IMG/VR virus record: IMGVR_UViG_2579779067_000003
From: a virus
Taxonomy: Duplodnaviria; Heunggongvirae; Uroviricota; Caudoviricetes
Strand: one strand, 5' to 3'
Length of the DNA: 46,439 nt
Part shown: positions 39,770 through 46,439 of the stretch, in pieces
How the letters are laid out: each line of letters starts with the position of its first letter
How positions within the stretch are numbered: the first letter of the stretch is position 1
The notes under the pieces: model-generated
Told to the model about the DNA's origin: nothing
The model's input: the letters and a program-made list of their open reading frames with translations, nothing else
Database searches by the model: none
Program-made: the position numbers and the translations under genes

Positions 39770-39980
39770 TGTTCAACCGCCCCGCCCGCTTCGTCTTACG
39801 ATATTCGTCATAAACCTTGGGATCATACAGAAGCTCGCCGCCAGATGCCTCCTGTAGACGCATCGCGCGACCTTCAGGAACCAGCTCTTGCCATTGAGAA
39901 ACAGCAGATGGGTCAACGCCAGCAGCTTTCGCTACTTTGGCTTTCGTACCGTAAAAATTAATTACGTCTGATTTAAACAT
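39753..39980 (-). CDS. dicC: Cro-like transcriptional regulator (DicC-like)
   Basis: 75 aa MFKSDVINFYGTKAKVAKAAGVDPSAVSQWQELVPEGRAMRLQEASGGEL...; GGAGGTG upstream of ATG at 39978-39980; divergent from dicA. Confidence 0.7.
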   Translation of the reverse strand: MFKSDVINFYGTKAKVAKAAGVDPSAVSQWQELVPEGRAMRLQEASGGELLYDPKVYDEYRKTKRAGRLNNENHS

Positions 39981-40057
39981 CGCACCTCCAATATTGAGTT
40001 TTCTCAATGCTAATCACTCAAGGAATCTCAAGTCAAGGGTTATTAAGATATCTAAAT
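39981..40057. promoter_or_regulatory. Divergent promoter/operator region between dicC-like and dicA-like genes
   Basis: Contains palindrome TTGAG-TTTT-CTCAA (39994-40007) and repeated CTCAAG half-sites. Confidence 0.45.
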
Positions 40058-40465
40058 ATGAACGAGAAAACTTTAGGTCAACGCATTAGAGAAAGACGTA
40101 AGCAGGTAGGCTTAAGTCAAAACGGTTTAAGCAAAGCTGCTGGCGTATCTGGCTCATCAATTTCATTATGGGAAAGTGACCATACAGCCCCGCGCGGGCA
40201 AAATTTGCATCGCCTCGCCGAGGTATTGCAATGTTCACCAACCTGGATACTGTTTGGCGACGAGGACAAAACACCAGCTCCCCCTGTTTCACTCGATAGT
40301 GCCTTAGACTTATCGGAAGATGAGTTAGAGATGCTGCGTTTGTATCGCGCACTTCCTAAATCAGAGCAACAAGCACAACTCAGCGAACTCCGCGCCCGCG
40401 TTGAGAATTTTAATCGCCTGTTCACCGAGCTATTAGAGGCTCGCAAACGCAACAAGCATCAATAA
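40058..40465 (+). CDS. dicA: DicA-like repressor (XRE-family HTH, cI-type)
   Basis: MNEKTLGQRIRERRKQVGLSQNGLSKAAGVSGSSISLWESDHTAPRGQNLHRLAEVLQCSPTWILFGDEDK... closely resembles K-12 DicA. Confidence 0.85.
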   Translation: MNEKTLGQRIRERRKQVGLSQNGLSKAAGVSGSSISLWESDHTAPRGQNLHRLAEVLQCSPTWILFGDEDKTPAPPVSLDSALDLSEDELEMLRLYRALPKSEQQAQLSELRARVENFNRLFTELLEARKRNKHQ

Positions 40466-40657
40466 TCATCCCTTCACAAAATTTTAAAGCCTTACATTTC
40501 AATGTATTGGCTTTATCTTGCGCCAATACTTGAGTTTTCTCATCAAAAAACCTTGACGAAAAATAATGAGAAAACTAAATTACCTCCATCAACACACCGC
40601 ACGGTGTTCTCAGCAAACAGTTCCGCTACCCCGGCGTTAAGGGGAAATGAGGTCAGC

Positions 40658-40810
40658 ATGGATACTATCGATCTTGGCAACAGCGAATCTCTGGTATGTG
40701 GCGTGTTCCCCAACCAGGACGGTACGTTCACCGCGATGACATATACCAAAAGCAAAACGTTTAAAACCGAATCTGGCGCGCGTTGCTGGTTAGCCAGAAA
40801 CACTGACTGA
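40658..40810 (+). CDS. ydfA: YdfA-like small protein (first gene of dicB operon)
   Basis: 50 aa MDTIDLGNSESLVCGVFPNQDGTFTAMTYTKSKTFKTESGARCWLARNTD; GAGG upstream. Confidence 0.6.
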   Translation: MDTIDLGNSESLVCGVFPNQDGTFTAMTYTKSKTFKTESGARCWLARNTD

Positions 40811-40821
40811 TGAGGCTGACG

Positions 40822-41187
40822 ATGGAATTTAAAGATTTACCGTCTGATGTACAGAAAACAGCAGCTCATACATTGCATTCTGTGCTGCGAGAAATCGGGA
40901 AAGATATTGCAAGCGAGCCAGCAAAAGATCTGGCCCGGAAAATCAAGACCGCTTTCGTTGAGCTTTATAATGTTGGCACTGACTCTGAAACTGTCGAGAC
41001 CAAGACCGTAAGTTCACCAATATTCTCACTTGAGCCAGGCGTATTAGCAGGTGAAATATGCACCGAGATTTCCAGCGAACTGCTTCCGGTAATACGAGAA
41101 GCAATTTGCCGTCGCGGTTTGGATGGAAGTTACGATCATGACGTCCTGCAAGTTCTCAGGACAATGGTGACTTCACTGGGGATTTGA
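40822..41187 (+). CDS. YdfB/YdfC-like protein (single ORF here)
   Basis: 121 aa from ATG at 40822 with GAGG 6 nt upstream; position matches ydfB/ydfC of the dicB operon. Confidence 0.45.
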   Translation: MEFKDLPSDVQKTAAHTLHSVLREIGKDIASEPAKDLARKIKTAFVELYNVGTDSETVETKTVSSPIFSLEPGVLAGEICTEISSELLPVIREAICRRGLDGSYDHDVLQVLRTMVTSLGI

Positions 41188-41356
41188 TCCCTGCGTCCTC
41201 TAACCTTTTGATATAGCGGTCCTCCAAGAAGCGGTAAATTTTGTCGAAATCATCTTTCCCCTCTGGTTTATTCAGAGGATTACAGGACCCGTAAGTAGCG
41301 GCATACATTTCAACCGTTTTATCAAAAATATAAGAGACAAATTCTTCTTTAGTCAT
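41156..41356 (-). CDS. Small hypothetical protein encoded antisense within the dicB operon
   Basis: 66 aa MTKEEFVSYIFDKTVEMYAATYGSCNPLNKPEGKDDFDKIYRFLEDRYIKRLEDAGIKSPVKSPLS with AAGGAA 7 nt upstream of ATG. Confidence 0.35.
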   Translation of the reverse strand: MTKEEFVSYIFDKTVEMYAATYGSCNPLNKPEGKDDFDKIYRFLEDRYIKRLEDAGIKSPVKSPLS

Positions 41357-41631
41357 ATAGATTTCCTTCTTGGTTATTCGGGATAAGAAGGATACCACCT
41401 CGCCTGACGTGGTTAAAAGCAGGCACACAACACGAAAGCGCACGGCGAAGTTCGTCTCACTGTACGGTGTCGTTAAATTTAATTCGACCGTGCGCTTCCG
41501 GTTGTGGCAACCCGCGAAATGGCGCGGCGGTAAGTATGGCGGGGTTATTCCTTCCCCGTTGAGGACACCGAGTTGTCAGGTTGACCATACGCTTAAGTGA
41601 CAACCCCGCTGCAACGCCCTCTGTTATCAAT

Positions 41632-41690
41632 TTTCTGGTGACGTTTGGCGGTATCAGTTTTACTCCGTGACTGCTCTGCCGCCGTTTTTA
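41632..41690 (+). ncRNA. dicF: DicF small regulatory RNA with 3-prime stem-loop and U-run
   Basis: TTTCTGGTGACGTTTGGCGGTATCAGTTTTACTCCGTGACTGCTCTGCCGCC followed by GTTTTT; matches the 53-nt DicF sequence as I recall it (GGCGG...CCGCC stem). Confidence 0.8.
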
Positions 41691-41858
41691 AAGTGAATTT
41701 TGTGATGCGGTGAATGCGGCTAAGCGCACGCGGAACAGTTAAAACCAAAAACAGTGTTATGGGTGGATTCTCTGTATCCGGCGTTAATTGTTAACTGGTT
41801 AACGTCACCTGGAGGCACCAGGCACTGCATCACAAAATTCATTGTTGAGGACGCGATA

Positions 41859-42047
41859 ATGAAAACGTTATTACCAAACGTTAATACGTCTGAAGGTTGT
41901 TTTGAAATTGGTGTCACTATCAGTAACCCTGTATTTACTGAAGATGCCATTAACAAGAGAAAACAAGAACGGGAGCTATTAAATAAAATATGCATTGTTT
42001 CAATGCTGGCTCGTTTACGTCTGATGCCAAAAGGATGTGCACAATGA
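41859..42047 (+). CDS. dicB: Cell division inhibitor DicB
   Basis: 62 aa MKTLLPNVNTSEGCFEIGVTISNPVFTEDAINKRKQERELLNKICIVSMLARLRLMPKGCAQ; GAGGA 8 nt upstream. Confidence 0.9.
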   Translation: MKTLLPNVNTSEGCFEIGVTISNPVFTEDAINKRKQERELLNKICIVSMLARLRLMPKGCAQ

Positions 42048-42235
42048 ATTCAGCATTTGCGCTTGTTCTGACAGTTTTTCTTGTTTCCGGAGAGCCAGTT
42101 GATATTGCAGTCAGTGTTCACAGGACAATGCAGGAGTGTATGACTGCAGCAACCGAACAGAAAATTCCCGGTAACTGTTACCCGGTCGATAAAGTTATTC
42201 ACCAGGATAATATCGAAATCCCGGCAGGTCTTTAA
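42044..42235 (+). CDS. ydfD: YdfD small membrane (lysis-inducing) protein
   Basis: 63 aa MNSAFALVLTVFLVSGEPVDIAVSVHRTMQECMTAATEQKIPGNCYPVDKVIHQDNIEIPAGL; ATG overlaps dicB stop (ATGA). Confidence 0.8.
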   Translation: MNSAFALVLTVFLVSGEPVDIAVSVHRTMQECMTAATEQKIPGNCYPVDKVIHQDNIEIPAGL

Positions 42236-42328
42236 AACAGTTCCGTAATAAATATCCGGTTTCATTCTTATATGCCAGCAATGGCAGGGATTTGTTCATC
42301 CTTAAATCTGTCATGAGGTTAAAACAAA

Positions 42329-44800
42329 ATGAGTAAAGTCTTTATTTGCGCCGCTATTCCTGACGAACTGGCAACAAGGGAAGAAGGCGCTGTGGCTGTA
42401 GCCACAGCCATTGAAGCTGGCGACGAACGCCGTGCTCGAGCAAAATTTCACTGGCAGTTCCTGGAACATTATACGGCTGCTCAGGACTGCGCTTATAAAT
42501 TTATTGTCTGCGAGGATAAACCTGGCATACCTCGCCCTGCCCTCGATTCATGGGATGCTGAATATATGCAGGAAAACCGCTGGGATGAGGAGTCTGCTTC
42601 TTTTGTCCCGGTTGAGACTAAATCCGATCCGATGAACGTCACTTTTGACAAGCTGGCCCCTGAAGTACAGAACGCTGTCATGGTTAAGTTCGACACATGT
42701 GAAAACATCACCGTTGATATGGTTATTAGCGCACAGGAATTGTTGCAGGAAGACATGGCAACATTCGACGGACATATCGTTGAAGCGTTGATGAAAATGC
42801 CAGAAGTTAACGCCATGTATCCGGAGCTTAAGTTGCACGCCATTGGGTGGGTTAAGCATAAATGTATTCCTGGTGCTAAATGGCCCGAAATTCAGGCAGA
42901 GATGCGCATCTGGAAAAAACGTCGCGAAGGTGAACGCAAGGAAACCGGAAAATACACGTCTGTTGTTGATCTCGCCCGCACCAGAGCCAATCAACAGTAC
43001 ACTGAAAATTCAACAGGAAAAATCAGCCCGGTCATTGCTGCCATTCATCGCGAATACAAGCAGACATGGAAAACACTGGATGACGAACTGGCCTACGCTC
43101 TCTGGCCTGGTGATGTGGATGCCGGAAACATTGACGGCAGCATCCATCGCTGGGCAAAAAAAGAAGTTATCGACAACGACCGCGAAGACTGGAAGCGTAT
43201 CTCGGCATCAATGCGCAAACAGCCTGATGCCCTTCGCTACGACCGCCAAACTATTTTTGGCCTTGTCCGTGAGCGTCCGATCGACATTCACAAAGAACCC
43301 GTAGCACTGAACAAATATATCTGCGAATACCTGACGACAAAGGGCGTGTTTGAGAATGAAGAAACAGACCTGGGCACTGTTGATGTTCTCCAGTCATCAG
43401 AAACACAAACTGATGCAGTGGAAACTGAGGTATCTGATATCCCAAAAAATGAAACCGCGCCGGAAGCTGAACCATCTGTAGAGCGTGAGGGGCCGTTCTA
43501 TTTCCTCTTCGCAGATAAGGACGGAGAAAAATACGGTCGCGCAAACAAACTTTCTGGTCTGGATAAGGCACTGGCTGCTGGCGCCACTGAAATCACTAAA
43601 GAAGAATATTTTGCCCGAAAAAATGGCACATACACGGGCTTACCGCAAAATGTAGATACCGCTGAAGATTCAGAACAACCAGAACCGATAAAAGTTACCG
43701 CTGACGAAGTAAACAAAATTATGCAGGCAGCCAATATCAGCCAGCCTGACGCCGATAAGTTGCTTGCTGCATCACGTGGTGAATTTGTTGAAGGGATTAG
43801 TGACCCGAATGATCCGAAATGGGTTAAGGGGATCCAGACCCGCGATTCTGTGAACCAGAACCAGCATGAATCGGAACGGAACTACCAAAAAGCGGAACAA
43901 AACAGCCCAAATGCGTTACAAAACGAGCCAGAAACGAAACAGCCTGAACCAGTGGCGCAACAGGAAGTGGAAAAAGTCTGCACCGCCTGCGGTCAGACCG
44001 GCGGCGGCAACTGCCCTGATTGTGGCGCGGTGATGGGCGACGCAACATACCAGGAAACATTCGATGAAGAGTATCAGGTTGAAGTTCAGGAAGATGATCC
44101 GAAGGAAATGGAAGGCGCTGAACATCCACACAAGGGGAACACTGGCGGCAATCAGCATCACGATAGCGATAATGAAACTGGCGAGACGGCAGATCACTCA
44201 ATTAAGGTGAACGGTCATCACGAAATCACATCCACCAGCAGGACGTGTGACCATCTAATGATCGACCTTGAAACCATGGGAAAAAATCCTGATGCCCCGA
44301 TCATCTCAATAGGTGCAATATTTTTCGATCCGCAAACCGGAGATATGGGACCGGAATTTAGTAAGACTATCGATCTGGAAACTGCTGGCGGAGTCATTGA
44401 TCGGGACACCATTAAATGGTGGCTTAAGCAATCACGCGAAGCGCAATCTGCCATTATGACCGATGAAATCCCGTTAGATGATGCACTGTTACAATTGCGG
44501 GAATTTATCGACGAAAACTCCGGTGAATTTTTTGTTCAGGTCTGGGGAAATGGAGCCAACTTCGACAACACGATTTTGCGCCGTTCATACGAACGGCAGG
44601 GGATCCCCTGCCCGTGGCGTTACTACAACGATCGCGATGTACGCACAATCGTTGAGCTGGGGAAAGCCATAGACTTCGATGCCAGAACGGCTATTCCATT
44701 CGAAGGTGAGCGCCATAATGCACTTGATGACGCCCGTTACCAGGCAAAATACGTTTCAGTTATCTGGCAAAAACTGATCCCGAGTCAGGCTGATTCTTAA
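42329..44800 (+). CDS. ydfE: Large YdfE-like protein with C-terminal DEDDh 3-prime-5-prime exonuclease domain and internal zinc ribbon
   Basis: 823 aa; C-terminal motifs MIDLETMG (exo I), GNGANFDNTIL (exo II), HNALDDARYQA (exo III); CTACGQ...CPDCG zinc-ribbon-like; uninterrupted here. Confidence 0.7.
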   Translation: MSKVFICAAIPDELATREEGAVAVATAIEAGDERRARAKFHWQFLEHYTAAQDCAYKFIVCEDKPGIPRPALDSWDAEYMQENRWDEESASFVPVETKSDPMNVTFDKLAPEVQNAVMVKFDTCENITVDMVISAQELLQEDMATFDGHIVEALMKMPEVNAMYPELKLHAIGWVKHKCIPGAKWPEIQAEMRIWKKRREGERKETGKYTSVVDLARTRANQQYTENSTGKISPVIAAIHREYKQTWKTLDDELAYALWPGDVDAGNIDGSIHRWAKKEVIDNDREDWKRISASMRKQPDALRYDRQTIFGLVRERPIDIHKEPVALNKYICEYLTTKGVFENEETDLGTVDVLQSSETQTDAVETEVSDIPKNETAPEAEPSVEREGPFYFLFADKDGEKYGRANKLSGLDKALAAGATEITKEEYFARKNGTYTGLPQNVDTAEDSEQPEPIKVTADEVNKIMQAANISQPDADKLLAASRGEFVEGISDPNDPKWVKGIQTRDSVNQNQHESERNYQKAEQNSPNALQNEPETKQPEPVAQQEVEKVCTACGQTGGGNCPDCGAVMGDATYQETFDEEYQVEVQEDDPKEMEGAEHPHKGNTGGNQHHDSDNETGETADHSIKVNGHHEITSTSRTCDHLMIDLETMGKNPDAPIISIGAIFFDPQTGDMGPEFSKTIDLETAGGVIDRDTIKWWLKQSREAQSAIMTDEIPLDDALLQLREFIDENSGEFFVQVWGNGANFDNTILRRSYERQGIPCPWRYYNDRDVRTIVELGKAIDFDARTAIPFEGERHNALDDARYQAKYVSVIWQKLIPSQADS

Positions 44801-44872
44801 TGTTCAACTGTCGCCGGTTGTGACTGGTATTCTGCAACCGGCGCTCGTCTGATGTAAGAGATAAAGAAATCG

Positions 44873-45124
44873 ATGAGCGAAGTAATCATGATTGTCTCTC
44901 CCGGCAAATGGGTATCCGAAGAGCAGTTAATTGCGCTGAAAGGAATAAAAAAAGGTACGTTAAAAAAGGCCCGGGAAAAATCGTTTATGGAAGGAAGGGA
45001 ATATAAGCATGTCGCTCATGACGGTATGCCATGGGATAACAGTCCATGCTTTTACAACCTGGAAGAAATTGATCGCTGGATTGAGCGCCAGGCATCAGCA
45101 AGACCAAGACGTCATCTTACTTGA
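44873..45124 (+). CDS. xis: Putative excisionase
   Basis: 83-aa basic protein immediately upstream of integrase; assignment by position and size. Confidence 0.5.
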   Translation: MSEVIMIVSPGKWVSEEQLIALKGIKKGTLKKAREKSFMEGREYKHVAHDGMPWDNSPCFYNLEEIDRWIERQASARPRRHLT

Positions 45125-45158
45125 CTAAAAGCCACACTAACTAATGAGAGAAGTTGAA

Positions 45159-46439
45159 ATGAAATATCCGACAGGCGTGGAAAACCATGGAGGGAAATTA
45201 CGTATCTGGTTTGTTTATAAAGGCGTAAGAGTCAGGGAAAATCTGGGGGTTCCTGACACAGCAAAAAACAGGCGCGTTGCAGGTGAACTACGCTCCTCTG
45301 TTTGTTACGCAATAAAAACTGGTGTTTTCGACTATGCAAAACAGTTTCCCTCCTCACGCAATCTGGAAAAATTTGGTGAGGCCCGACAAGATTTAACCAT
45401 AAAAGAACTGGCTGAAAAATTTCTGGCACTGAAAGAAACTGAAGTCGCCAAAACATCACTCAACACATACCGTGCCGTCATCAAAAATATCCTGAGCATA
45501 ATCGGTGAAAAAAATCTTGCCTCATCGATTAATAAAGAAAAATTACTGGAGGTTCGTAAAGAGCTACTGACTGGATACCAGATCCCCAAAAGTAACTATA
45601 TTGTTACACAACCAGGGAGATCGGCTGTAACTGTAAATAATTACATGACAAATCTTAACGCCGTGTTCCAGTTTGGTGTTGATAACGGTTACCTGGCAGA
45701 TAATCCGTTTAAGGGGATCTCGCCATTAAAGGAATCAAGAACCATTCCGGATCCTCTTTCGCGGGAGGAATTTATCCGTCTTATCGATGCGTGCAGAAAT
45801 CAGCAAGCAAAAAATTTATGGTGTGTTTCTGTTTATACTGGCGTTCGCCCTGGTGAGCTGTGTGCACTTGGATGGGAGGACATAGATCTGAAAAATGGAA
45901 CAATGATGATCAGGAGAAATTTAGCAAAAGACCGTTTCACGGTACCAAAAACACAGGCGGGAACCAATCGGGTCATTCATCTTATTAAGCCAGCAATCGA
46001 CGCTCTCCGGAGTCAGATGACATTAACGAGACTGAGTAAAGAGCATATCATTGATGTTCACCTCAGAGAGTATGGCAGAACAGAAAAACAAAAATGCACC
46101 TTTGTTTTTCAACCTGAAGTGTCAGCGAGAGTAAAAAATTATGGTGACCATTTTACCGTTGACTCAATAAGGCAGATGTGGGACGCAGCGATAAAACGTG
46201 CCGGACTCCGCCATCGAAAATCATATCAGTCGAGACATACTTATGCCTGCTGGTCGCTGACAGCTGGTGCCAACCCGGCATTTATAGCAAACCAGATGGG
46301 CCATGCAGATGCGCAAATGGTATTTCAGGTATACGGAAAATGGATGTCTGAAAACAATAATGCACAGCTAGCTTTGTTAAATACACAGTTAAGCGAGTTT
46401 GCCCCAACCATGCCCCATAATGAAGCAATAAAAAATTAA
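45159..46439 (+). CDS. intQ: Tyrosine recombinase / phage integrase (IntQ/IntR family)
   Basis: MKYPTGVENHGGKLRIWFVYKGVRVRENLG... N-terminal arm-binding-type region; C-terminal catalytic R...HxxR...Y region (SRHTYACW ... VYGKWM); stop codon is the last triplet of the window. Confidence 0.85.
   Translation: MKYPTGVENHGGKLRIWFVYKGVRVRENLGVPDTAKNRRVAGELRSSVCYAIKTGVFDYAKQFPSSRNLEKFGEARQDLTIKELAEKFLALKETEVAKTSLNTYRAVIKNILSIIGEKNLASSINKEKLLEVRKELLTGYQIPKSNYIVTQPGRSAVTVNNYMTNLNAVFQFGVDNGYLADNPFKGISPLKESRTIPDPLSREEFIRLIDACRNQQAKNLWCVSVYTGVRPGELCALGWEDIDLKNGTMMIRRNLAKDRFTVPKTQAGTNRVIHLIKPAIDALRSQMTLTRLSKEHIIDVHLREYGRTEKQKCTFVFQPEVSARVKNYGDHFTVDSIRQMWDAAIKRAGLRHRKSYQSRHTYACWSLTAGANPAFIANQMGHADAQMVFQVYGKWMSENNNAQLALLNTQLSEFAPTMPHNEAIKN

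Noticed and set aside
44801-44872. Inverted repeat CGCCGGTTG...CAACCGGCG between the exonuclease gene and xis as an intrinsic terminator or att core
   Set aside because: 9-bp stem with a 14-nt loop and no following U-run; could be a protein-binding site but there is no evidence to assign a function

Overview
The window is almost entirely one lambdoid prophage of Escherichia coli type, sitting at the locus occupied by the Qin prophage in K-12. All family and gene-name calls rest on my recollection of the translated ORF track, not on any database search. Host MFS transporter gene ydfJ lies at the left edge (1..1284, minus) and a tyrosine integrase ends exactly at the right edge (46439). Reading left to right: ydfK, pinQ invertase, then on the minus strand a complete lambda-like tail module (tfa, stf, lom, J, I, K, L, M, H, G/G-T, V, U, Z) and head/packaging module (head-tail joining proteins, ClpP-protease/capsid fusion, portal, gpW-like, TerL, putative TerS). 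Next come cold-shock-type cargo genes (gnsB, ynfN, cspI), a phage-21-like lysis cassette (Rz/Rz1, lysozyme, ydfR, pinholin), a three-gene cargo island (AraC-family regulator, DUF523/DUF1722 protein, Blc lipocalin) between the lysis genes and antiterminator Q, then ydfU, hokD, an AT-rich P-loop NTPase, an O-like replication initiator with internal iterons, a divergent dicC/dicA switch, the dicB operon with DicF sRNA and a full-length ydfE-like exonuclease, excisionase and integrase. The strongest candidate for something new is the AT-rich 518-aa P-loop NTPase (36281..37837), which sits where relBE lies in K-12 Qin and has KAP/PifA-like Walker motifs. The cargo island at the Q-lysis junction is second. 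Many ORF-track starts are upstream TTG/GTG extensions; I give a refined ATG start where an in-frame ATG with a Shine-Dalgarno-like sequence or an ATGA/TAATG stop-start overlap supports it. No rRNA, tRNA, CRISPR array or IS element was recognised.
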